A stretch of DNA of 64,000 nucleotides from Dipteris shenzhenensis (lineage: Eukaryota), in NCBI GenBank assembly GCA_047967505.1, contig CM106538.1; one strand, written 5' to 3'. The notes under the pieces were generated by a model that saw nothing but the letters and a program-made list of their open reading frames with translations, was not told the DNA's origin and did not search any database. The first letter of the stretch is position 1. Each line of letters begins with the position of its first letter. Shown piece by piece: positions 12,673 to 23,013 of this stretch. The translations under genes and the position numbers were made by a program.

Positions 12673-12918
12673 CTCGGGGGGGTCACTCATCATATGTAAC
12701 CCTATCACGTGAGTTCAACAGAAGGATATTTTTTATTTCTAAAATTTACAGAAATATATATACATAAGGGACTATTTAAAATAGTTTTGGAAAAAATTTA
12801 CAGATTTGTATAGAAAAGGGGTACATCTTATAAATGAAAAATTTACAGATAAGGGATTTTAGAAATATGCCTTGAACGCACGTGGTATAGAGGGTTTATA
12901 CATAGTGACCCCCCCGAG
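12673..12918 (-). mobile_element. 246-bp MITE, copy 2 (inverted relative to copy 1)
   Basis: TIR CTCGGGGGGGTCAC / GTGACCCCCCCGAG; 8-bp TSD GTATTCCT (12665-12672, 12919-12926); reverse-complement homolog of 11563-11808. Confidence 0.93.
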
Positions 12919-13962
12919 GTATTCCTACTCATTCTCTTCCTCAACACGTCCAAAACAGAAGCACATCTGCTTCCCTAACGAGACGCAAGCATGTAGACAC
13001 CAAAGCACCTCCCTAATTATTCTATCAGCAAAAAATCGAAGACGCAAGCATGCAGACACCCACGCACCTCTCTAACGATTCGATCAACAAAAAATCGACC
13101 TTCAGAGTCAGCCATTTCTGTGTCGAAATCTGCGTAGCAAGAGTCACACAACGCATACACAATCATCGCAATCCTGCAAGTAAACAAATCATGCACACAC
13201 CTCTTTATATACAATCAAATAACACCTCATACAATGCATGTTCTAGATCGAGTCAGGGCAGATAAAAATGATCTACCTGACCCGATCGCCCCCTCCATCA
13301 CTATCCGATTGTGTGGAGAGATGCAAGCCAAGAATGGCTTTCCCCCTCCAAAAATCAGTCCTACAATAACTAAAAACGAAACGCAGTAAGTATGGACATC
13401 CATCACGATTTTTGCCTTCTCCACGCCGCGAACAGGCTCGCGAACAGGCAAAGAACTCTCCACCATTGCCAAAGAGCTCGCACAAAAGGTCAACCAGCAA
13501 GATCGTCGAGCAGGGAAAGGGAGGTGCATTCACTACCTCTACATAACAACAAAACAAAGACCCCTAATCCTATGCTATAACCTAAACTAACCACTAACCT
13601 AGGTATTACGAACCACTAACCTAGGTATTACGTTTGGTCAATTTGACCAAACGTTAACTACAAAACCGGATGGCCCGCATTAGGGTCCAACGAGTCCAAT
13701 AACCACTAAGGACCCTTGCAGGGCCAAAAAGAAATGGCAAAAACACTTCTTAGTAATAAACAATTGCTAGGGTTTTGAGGGAAAAATGGGTCTAATGGAC
13801 AACGATAAAAGAAGTGGGACATGCTCTATATACGCCATTTTATAGATAACAAAGCATACTATATAGGGAATGAAACGCCACTTCCTGGATAACAACAAAA
13901 TACATATTGAATTCCATTAGTTAAAACTGTTAATTTCTTTTAGTCACCATATCATTTCCTAT

Positions 13963-15288
13963 TTATGAGTAGCAAAATTTTCTATAGCATTCTGAATTTG
14001 TATGTAATAAACAGTCAAAATTTCCTTCGGCTATACTCGCAAAGGAAGTCTCAGAATACCTTCTGCTTGAAGAAGATTTCGCAGTGATATAGGCTAAGAA
14101 ATTCTTGTCGTGCGACTTTGCTTCCTCTGGCCGAAGTTGCGGGCTTTCATCTGAGCTGTACTCACAATCAGCTGATCCACTAGCATTAAGGGACGCAGGA
14201 AAGCTATGCAAATGCCTCCTGCGTGAAGGAAGTTTTGCCGTGACATAGGCAGAAAAACTATCCGAATACCTCCTGCGTGACGGAGAATTTCTCGTCACAT
14301 AAACAGAAAAACTCTCCGAATGCCTCCTGCGTGATGGAGCGTCTGCTTGCTCCAGAAATCGAGTTTCATCTCGACCATATCGGAGCTCGTCGGATTCGCC
14401 TTCCTTCATTGGGGCAGAAAAACTTTCCGAGTTTCTCCTAGTGCGTCCACTACCTTTTGCCGGTAAATTATCCGAGCTTCTCCTAGTGATGTAGGAAGAG
14501 AAGTTTTCCGAATGTCGCCGGCGTGACTGAGATTTTGCTTGCAGTGGAGCTTGCGAAGTATATTGAGGGAGTTGGTGATGACCGTTTTCGACTACTCCAT
14601 TTGCTTTCGAATCTGGATCAATGCTGACTCTCGAGAACTTGTGGAAGAGTTTCTCAACCGCAGATAATGGCCATTTGAAACTAGACTTTCTAGACTTTGG
14701 CTGCAAGGGCTCTTCTGCGGAAAACGAACTACCGTCTGTCTGCGGACTCGGCCTACCCTCAAAATTCATGCGGGCAGTTTGAGTGCATAATTTCACAGAA
14801 TTGCGATGACGGGAGTTTCCGGGACCTGACTTATCTGAGGGAGAGCGGTCGGTTGCCTGCGGTTGCAACTTATTCGGAGGAGGCCTAAGATCGGATTGTG
14901 ATGAAGCTCCTTCTTGGACTCTTCGCATAAATCGGGCCATCTGTTTCGTCAGACCTTGGATGTCGAATTCATCATAAAGAGTCATTTGAGGATTGCTTGC
15001 TGACTTAGATGACAAATTGTTACTGTACTCTCTCATCGCCTCAAGTTTGAATCGGGATTCGGATCTGTTTGCGACACGATCTCGGGGAACAGGTCTACTC
15101 TCGACAATGTTATTCAATAGAACTGCATCCGCTCTGCGCTGGAACCACGCCCATGCTGCTGCCTTTCTATGTGCTTCTGTATCCTCGTTCCGGCCTCGAG
15201 CAGAAAATGATGCTGATGGATTTCGGAAGCTGAGAGAAATCCAGTGGAAGCTATTTCTGCTTTTGTTTTTGCTATGAAAGATGCTCAT
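13963..15288 (-). CDS. Probable host gene: plant-specific uncharacterised protein (RKAAAWAW / SRFKLEA family), 441 aa, single exon
   Basis: Intact ATG-to-stop ORF; motifs HRKAAAWAWFQ, SRFKLEAM and TLYDEFDI resemble a conserved plant family; CpG retained, unlike the surrounding TEs. Confidence 0.8.
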   Translation of the reverse strand: MSIFHSKNKSRNSFHWISLSFRNPSASFSARGRNEDTEAHRKAAAWAWFQRRADAVLLNNIVESRPVPRDRVANRSESRFKLEAMREYSNNLSSKSASNPQMTLYDEFDIQGLTKQMARFMRRVQEGASSQSDLRPPPNKLQPQATDRSPSDKSGPGNSRHRNSVKLCTQTARMNFEGRPSPQTDGSSFSAEEPLQPKSRKSSFKWPLSAVEKLFHKFSRVSIDPDSKANGVVENGHHQLPQYTSQAPLQAKSQSRRRHSENFSSYITRRSSDNLPAKGSGRTRRNSESFSAPMKEGESDELRYGRDETRFLEQADAPSRRRHSESFSVYVTRNSPSRRRYSDSFSAYVTAKLPSRRRHLHSFPASLNASGSADCEYSSDESPQLRPEEAKSHDKNFLAYITAKSSSSRRYSETSFASIAEGNFDCLLHTNSECYRKFCYS

Positions 15289-16513
15289 TCTCAGATGCTT
15301 CTGGAGAAAGGGCGGACGGAAGAGCGTTTAGGAAGGTTACGTACGAACGAAGGCTGCACAGGGACCAGACGTAGCAGCTGGGATCTGAGGGCTCAAAGAC
15401 GAAAATGAGCTATGCGGCTGAAGCTGGCAGCTAAGGACTCAGTTTAAGCACCTAGCTGGGTGCGCAGATCTGAGACGCGGTGGACGCAAATCAGCTAGCT
15501 AACTGTGTGAGCGAGTGCTTGGTGGTGACTGTCCTGAATACCGTTGTCAACTGTGGCGGCATGCACAGACGTGAGAGTGAGTCGTGACATGTCTGGTGCA
15601 GATCAGATTGGGCATGGAATTGGAGAAGCACATGATATAGTTGCTACTGCGAGAGATTTCAATATGCAGACGCATACACGGACGTAATTACGACATGTGG
15701 TGTTGCAGATGAGGTGAGGGAGGGCAGCAAACAAGGAGCAAGAGGCAATCAATCAGGAAGCGAGACAAGGAAAGCAGAGGCGAACAACAAAGGAAGCGCA
15801 GATTCAGGGACGTACGTTCCATAAAAATCTCATCAAAGAACATGACATCAAGAACGGCTTGTAACGTTGATCTTATACAAGCCTTTGTACACCTTTCGAC
15901 GTGGTTCTTCTTATGGCCTCCCACTCTTGGCCTTCCTCCTCTCGTCGTTAGGATCTTTTCATTTCGACGCTTTTCATGAGGGGCGTTTCACACCAAGTCC
16001 ATTATAATCTCACCTTCCTCTCATATCCTCCCAAAAATGCTCCAATTGCTCAAATCTACTTGCCTCATCCCCTTCATATAATAGAAAGGTCCCCCCCCCC
16101 CCCCACATGGTGCATGGGCATTTTGGGTACACCAAGAGTTAAAGCCATGCATTGAGCACTCAAATAGTGGCTTCATCCGGAGCTTATTCTTTCCTCCCAA
16201 TAATCATGATACGTTCAAATTTCAAGTCATGAGCAAATACATGTAAGTAAAACTTCAAGGATAGGTCCCACATCCTTCAAGTGCAAAACTTCAAACTCTC
16301 TCTCTAATTAGAGGCACCACTTTAGATGATGGGTCTTAAACATGGCACCTACTTTCAATCCTCACTCTTATTGCAACAATTTGTTGCCTAGATTTTCCAA
16401 GTCGGGCCAAAACATGATTGGATGTAGCCATTTTCCATAACTTATGCATTGCTCAACAGGAGTTGATAAAACCCTAGTATAAGCTAATCTACACATGCCA
16501 AAGTTGAATATGA

Positions 16514-16890
16514 TGGAGAATCCCGTAGGATAGAATAGATGCATCTTGAAAGAAGTGTGAGAGCACAATGAAAACAAAATGGTAGTTCTCTAATATGGAT
16601 TGTGAGAGAGAGGACTCTCTCTTATAGAAAGGGGGAGAAGGTAATACCTTCCCTACATAAGTGACAATCAGCCCCTACATCATTGGGAATTAGTCCCTAC
16701 ATCAGTGGGACCAGCCTAAATCAAAGGAACCTCCCATGTGGGGGCCTTTGGCTTACATCATCACTTAGGTCACACACTAGACACATCATAGCACTTGATG
16801 TGCCTTTACAACACACAAACACACACATGTGACTCACCTAGATGCACACATGCACCATAGAGCAAGCCCTTGATCATACTTATCCCAACA
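16514..16890 (-). mobile_element. Solo LTR (377 bp)
   Basis: TG...CA termini flanked by TATGA at 16509-16513 and 16891-16895; TATA-like CTATAAG on the minus strand. Confidence 0.7.
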
Positions 16891-17153
16891 TATGAGACCA
16901 AATAATTACATAATTTTATTCTTGAATGAGATCATTGAAACACATTATTCAATATTTTTGGGCTTTCTCGCTTCGTTTGGACTTTCTTTCCAAAATGGTC
17001 GCCTCCACTCAATGGCACTTAGTGTATTCCAAAATTTAAGAAAATTTACAAAACTACATGGATACCTCCACACAAATAGGCCTAATAAAGCTAAATTTCA
17101 CCAAAGTTATAAGTGGTGACCTCCACTTTGTTGAGAGACCATGCTCAACATCA

Positions 17154-17560
17154 TGTGATTACATGTGCATAACACTAACACATATAGAGTGCTATAAAGG
17201 AAAGGGTTTGATGCCCTAACCCTAACCCTAAATGGGTTTGTATATATTCTACATTTTCAACTAAATCTAGTGTACAGTTAGTCATTTGTGGTGTGCTCTC
17301 TTGCTATTCCCTCTCTTCTCATCTCCACTCTTCTCCTCTCCCCTCTTCATATTTTGTAATGGTATCAAAGCTCCCTTGCTTTCCGTTGAGGCATTGCGAT
17401 CCTTGAGAGCATGAGAGAGATTGAGAGCGAGCGAGTGTTGTTTCACTTCCGTTGAGTGATAGAGAAATTTCCGTTCATTGCATTTCTTCTTGAGTTGAGA
17501 AAATTTCGTCCATTTTCCTTAAGAGATTTTCGTTCAGCTCTTTGAGACACTACAAGGCAT
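17154..17560 (+). mobile_element. Degenerate LTR/PBS/leader remnant
   Basis: TATA-like CTATAAAGG, CT-rich tract, PBS-like TGGTATCAAAGC at 17360-17371; boundaries uncertain. Confidence 0.4.
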
Positions 17561-17780
17561 AGGGCAGGTGTTGACAAACACCAAAAGTTACAATAAGTCT
17601 GAGATAAGTTACACAAAAAAATAAGATTCAGTAATTGTAAACTCTCTTAATATTTATAATAGTGTTTAGGAAACACTTTCAAAAGTTACAAGTGGAAGTA
17701 GCAAACTCTCACAATATTTATAAAGGTGTTGAAAACACCAAAAGTTACAATAAGCCTCTCACTAGAAGGCAAATCTATTT

Positions 17781-18215
17781 TCAAGACTCTAGACTAAATT
17801 CAACCCATTCAAGAGCTGAGCTCATCTCATCCTCATCGATGTAGTTAAAATTATAGAAGAGAAGTAAGGATTGATGAATTTTCTCCTGCATAACACTTTG
17901 TTTATTTCGAATGGCTTGCACTTCTTGGGGTGGAAATCTTCCATAATGAGCCACACGTGAAGATATCTCACTTTGAAAGTCTATCAACTCTCTCCTATAT
18001 GACTGAAATTTGTCTATTTCACTAGTAGCCATACTTATTTTTCTTTTCTCTTCCTTCTCTAAGCCCTTCTGACAAGCAAAGTCATCCTTCTTGTACTGGG
18101 TTAATGGAGCTGGATTTCGGTTTCTCTCCTCTCTCTTTCCTTGGTTCTCGGCAATCCATACTTTGATGCTGCTAATGGCTTGCTCGACGGAATCGATTAC
18201 CTTAAAAAGATCCAT
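17781..18215 (-). CDS. Small helical/coiled-coil hypothetical protein (144 aa)
   Basis: Intact ORF; TATA-like CTATAAAT about 200 bp upstream; homologous to 19127-19568. Confidence 0.6.
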   Translation of the reverse strand: MDLFKVIDSVEQAISSIKVWIAENQGKREERNRNPAPLTQYKKDDFACQKGLEKEEKRKISMATSEIDKFQSYRRELIDFQSEISSRVAHYGRFPPQEVQAIRNKQSVMQEKIHQSLLLFYNFNYIDEDEMSSALEWVEFSLES

Positions 18216-18499
18216 AAAAATGAGAGGAGGAAGGTAACGAGAGTGAGGAAGGTAACTAGAGGAGGTAAGGCAAGATGAAAGGAGTATGCTTGAGGAGAGG
18301 AGGTAAGGCTACGGGCAAGATGGAAGGAGCAAGCTTGAGGAGAGGAGTAAGGTAAGAAGAGCAAAGTGGAAAAAGTGTTTGCTACGGGCGAGATATAGAA
18401 GACGAATGACTACTAAGGGATTTATAGAACTGCAGACTCATAATGTGAGATGAAAGATTTAGAATAAAGAATTGGTAGAGGCTGAGATGACTAGATTAT

Positions 18500-19045
18500 C
18501 TGAAGTAACAGATGCAAGACCATAATGCGAGACATGTGAGACATGTAAGGCAGTGAGTACATTGAAATCTATAAAATGAAATGATGGGATGCAAGACCGT
18601 AATGCGACACATGTGAGACATGTAAGACAGTGATCAGTACATTGAAATCTATAAAATAAAATGATGGAACACAAGAATGATATAATTATTAGAATCTCAT
18701 CATGAGATATTTTTTTAATATAATAAGTTAGACTTGCTGATGCAAAACCGTAATGTGAGACATGTGAAATGATAGATTTTGAGTACATTGAAATCTATAA
18801 AATAAAGTGATGGAACACAAGAATGATATAATTATTACATTCTCATTCTAAGATATTTATTATATATAATAAGTTAGACTTCCAAAAAAGTAAAACCAAT
18901 TTAATAAATTTAGAGAGGTGAGTTGCCCATTGAGTGAAGTAAAAAATAAAAGACCGGAAATGTGAGAGACACATGAGATGATAGATTTTGAATCGGTTTA
19001 AATCTATGAAATAAAGTGATTGAAGACAAGAATAATATAATCAGA
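18500..19045. repeat. Imperfect direct repeats between the divergent small genes
   Basis: Repeated TAATGCGAGACATGTGAG and TACATTGAAATCTATAAAATAAAGTGAT blocks. Confidence 0.65.
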
Positions 19046-19126
19046 ATCCCTTCTTTCGTCCATCCTAGTCCTTCTACAAGCACATTCTTCATTTATCACT
19101 CTTAATTTATCATCTCTCCATCCACC

Positions 19127-19568
19127 ATGGATGTCCTTGGCATCGTTGGAGACATGGAGTCTGGAATCGACAGTCTCAAACAATGGGTTGCTGACCAAGG
19201 AGCAAGGAGAGATGCAAGAATTCGACAAGGCTCTCCACTGATACGGATAGAGAGATGCACAGAAGCGGACAAAGAGGGAGGAGACTCAAAAGATAGCAGA
19301 GAGTGAAAGACTTATACAATGTATTATAAAAGCATGACAAGATCTCTTGGACTTCTTAAGCAACCTACATTATCGAAGCACTCGGTATGGCTGATTTGAT
19401 TGGGATGCTGAAAGAACAATAAAGGCCTCCCAAAGAGATTATAAAGAAACAATCTGTGACTGTTTGAATTTCTTCCTTCATTGTAATTATGTTGATGATA
19501 TGGAAGTGGAGTCCGTGGAATATTGGATTGTTGAGAAGATAAGAGATACTAATGATGAGATCTTCTAG
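19127..19568 (+). pseudogene. Decayed paralog of the 17781-18215 protein
   Basis: MDVLGIVGDMESGIDSLKQWVADQG vs MDLFKVIDSVEQAISSIKVWIAENQG; after a frameshift, DLLDFLSN..RYG*F..NFFLHCNYVDDMEV vs ELIDFQSE..HYGRF..LLFYNFNYIDEDEM; 3' end duplicated at ~19608-19735. Confidence 0.7.
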
Positions 19569-19842
19569 TGTGATCTCGGCCTCTGTGGCCTGTCCATCAT
19601 GATTGCTTGAATTTCTTCCTTCATTGTAATTATGTTGAGGATATGGACGTGGAGTCTAAGGAAGATTGGATTGTTGAGAAGATAAGAGATACTAATTATG
19701 AGATCTTCTAGTGTGATCTTGGCTTCTATGGCTTGTAATAGTTTTGTATTCTCTGCAACAAGTGTGGTAGGGCTGAGCAGATCATATTAGAATTACTAAT
19801 ACAATTTATGTTTTAGAATTGCTAATACAATAATAATACAAT

Positions 19843-21570
19843 CTAACTTGAGAGCAATCGTACCTTTTCCTTTTGCTAGACATTTTGCATCATTGCCGAC
19901 TGCTACCAAGATGTCATTCCCTACCGGCTGTAGAGAGGTATACCAATCCTTCCGACTGGTCATGTGGCACGATGCACCACTGTCAATGATCCATGGTTCA
20001 TCCATAGGTACATGAACTGCCTCTATGCAAATGTCCTCAATTGCGACGAACAACTCTACTGGTACTGCCTGCGCATTGTTGCTGGACTCTTTCTTTACTC
20101 CATTCTTCTCATCTGCAATCTTCTTTCGGCACTCATTCTGATTGTGCCCTGCCTTGTTGCAATAGAAGCACTTGATCTTCTTCTTTCTCTTTTTATTATC
20201 AGAAGAAGATGGGTTACCAGAGTCCTTACCCTCACACTGAAATCCTCAAAGTTGAGGGGCGGATTTTTGTTTTGCGTATTCAGCACCGTAACAAGACTGT
20301 CGTACTTTGGTGGGAGAATTCGTATGCACTTTCATGCTAGATTCTCGCTGGTGAAGGTGATGCCAATCGCAGTCATCTGATCGCACAGATTCTTCACCCT
20401 AGTGATGAACTTCTCTACCGCTTCAGACTCAAACTTCTCATTCACAAGTTGAGTCTCCAGATTCTGAATCCGCGTCTGATTCATGGTCTCGTACTGATTT
20501 TTCAAGACCGTCCATGCCTCCACTGTGATGACATGTTGAATTAATGCCATGACGGAATCACTAACACTGTAGATAATAGAACACAGCGCATCTGCATTTC
20601 TTCTTGTCCACGCGAGAATCTCATCCGTAGTTGGTACTATCTGTTGTCCTACATTGGCTGGATCTGGTCTCGCAACCGGCCTCATGTCCACCCCAGTAGC
20701 AGTGTCCCAAAGCTCGTATGCACTTAGGATGATCTTCATCTTGAACTTCCAGAGTGGATAGTTAGAGCCATCCAACTTTTTGCTTTCGCCGAACGGTGGG
20801 ATTCACAGTCTTGCGGGCTGGGCCATCTCTCACGATCTGCTCGCAAACAGAAAGCACACTACCAAATCTTCTTGCTAGAGTCCAAGCTCTGATACCATGT
20901 AAGAAAATAATACAGCGTCTGTGCTCAACAAATAACAGGATCTCGTATGCAAGAGAGAAAACAAGATAGTATGGAGAATCAAAAATTTGATTACTATAGA
21001 ACTGATACAATAGATGGCACTTTCTCCCAACCGTGCGCTCTTGTGAAAGAAGCTTCAATGGCATGCTGGAAATAGTAGAAGACGGAGGCTGGATGCTAAG
21101 GAATCAGGGTTGCTGTAGCCAGTGATGAAATGGGCTTCACGGCCTTGCTCTTATATAGCCACCAGTCGCAGTCAGTTAGGCTCAATTGGGTGACCGACCC
21201 AGTCCGCCCAAAAGGTCGACTAGGGGTCGGTCCCGAAATAGGCCACCAACCATACGATAGAACCAGTGCACAAAATAGACAACTAACCTATGGTCTCCGT
21301 TCGGCTCAGAGCCATTCGGGATCATCTGAGGCTCCAAACGGGCCTTGCAACCCGAGAGTGGGTTGCCCTTGGAAATGCTCCATCTACCCTCAGTGCAGTG
21401 AGTCAAGGGATGCCTTCCTGCACTTGCATGTAGCCTAGTTGGCGGTGTGCCAACTCTATCTGAAGCCGTCCAGCCATCAGGCCACACATGGCCCCCATCT
21501 GGTGTCCAAACCAGGACCTACCGGATAACCGAGCTACTCAAATGCCTTCTCCTCATATGGGGGGCTTACA
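19843..21570 (-). mobile_element. Truncated Ty1/Copia element (second family): 5' LTR, PBS, gag, protease
   Basis: LTR 20898-21570 with TGTAAG..CTTACA ends; PBS 20886-20897; gag DGSNYPLWKFKM; protease WIIDSGASCHMT. Confidence 0.88.
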
Positions 21571-21693
21571 AGTAGAGTTAGCTGGTTCCCGCATAGTTAC
21601 ACGAGAGTGGAGCATTGATATCTAACACACACATCATCCTTGTACAGCCTCTTGGCTACTCCCAACACCCAGTTGTCATCATGGCATAATCAA

Positions 21694-21717
21694 CACCTAT
21701 TTCATTAATTTTGGACT
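21694..21717 (+). mobile_element. Putative DNA-transposon terminus (24 bp), copy 1
   Basis: CACCTATTTCATTAATTTTGGACT, identical at 59441-59464; followed by subterminal repeats; 1.3 kb from the transposase 3' end. Confidence 0.55.
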
Positions 21718-21821
21718 TTTTGTGTTGTTTTTGGACGAAGCCCAAAAATCCTTCCCAAATGAAAAATTTACTTTGTGAAAATATCCTTCCCAAAATTAAA
21801 ATTTTACTCTTTGAAAATATT

Positions 21822-22175
21822 CTTCCCAAATCAAAAGTTCACTTTGTGGCACTATCATATTCACATAAAAATATTATTTTTTCAATCTATACTTTTGCAC
21901 CAACATGCAAGAAGTTGAAATAATCCTATATTAGAAATTCTAGCTATATCTAAGTTATTTGTTAATTTAATTATTTTTAATATTTTTCCTTGACATTTTT
22001 CCTTCCCAAATCAAAAGTTCACTTTGTGGCACTATCATATTCACATAAAAATATTGTTTTTTCAATCTATACTTTTGCACCAACATGCAAGAATTTGAAA
22101 TAGTCCTATATTAAAAATTCTAGCTATATCTAAGTTATTTGTTAATTTAATTATTTTTAATATTTTTCCTTGACG
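21822..22175. repeat. Tandem duplication, period 180 bp
   Basis: CTTCCCAAATCAAAAGTTCACTTTGTGGC... begins at 21822 and 22002. Confidence 0.88.
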
Positions 22176-22486
22176 TTTTTCGTTGACGTGATAAATTTAT
22201 AAATCCATGAAAGGAGACTTAAATATTTCATGAAAATAACATTGTCACTCGCAATATGCACAAAATTTTTAAAACTTTTAATAAATAGAAAAAAGACATG
22301 ATGCCATAAGACCCAAGTTTTGTATTGAACCAAAGACTCACCAAAGAGGTATAATAGCAATTATAGCTATTATTATATGATTACATTGAGAGACGTTGCT
22401 CTCAGCTAGAGTCTTTATATCCAAAATGATATAGATTGAACATATGTTTACAATTTAAATTGTTGCTCTTAAAGAGCCTCAATTCG

Positions 22487-22893
22487 TGCCATCTACATAA
22501 TTTGACTCCCCATTGTCTTATTGCTCAATGTCATGACAGTCCCTTGCCAGGTGCCATCTGCATAATTTGACTGCCACTTGTCTTGCCAAGCCTTGCCCCT
22601 TGGGTGCATTGACTCCCCATTGTCTTATTGCTCAATGCGATAGTCCCTTGCCAGGTGCCATCTGCATTAACTCCCTATTGTCTTGCCAAGCCTTGACCCT
22701 TGGGTGACATCCAGTGCAAAATATAGGTGCCATCTACATTAACTCCCACAAGTTATCTTGCCAAGCCTTGCCCCTTGGGTGCATTGACTCCCCATTGTCT
22801 TATTGCTCAATGTGATAGTCCCTTGCCAGGTGCCATCTGCATTAATTAACTCCCTATTGTCTTGGCAAGCCTTGACCCTTGGGTGACATCCAC
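22487..22893. repeat. Complex tandem repeat (short subunits, ~176-bp higher period)
   Basis: Recurring GGTGCCATCTGCAT, GACTCCCCATTGTCTTATTGCTCAATG and CTTGCCAAGCCTTG.CCCTTGGGTG blocks. Confidence 0.75.
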
Positions 22894-23013
22894 TGCATAT
22901 TTTGACTCTCATTTGACATAGGAGGTGATGACTCTGATTATAATTGTCTTGGATTGGCTCCTTGCCTAGAACCCAAATAAAATCCTTCAATGGACTTCAA
23001 TACAAAGCTTTAA

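Noticed and set aside
11563-12918. A single 1.36-kb element with 246-bp TIRs
   Set aside because: Each arm has its own TIRs and its own distinct 8-bp TSD, so these are two separate insertions
17214-17232. Telomere-like CCCTAA repeats
   Set aside because: Only about three units inside an LTR-like remnant
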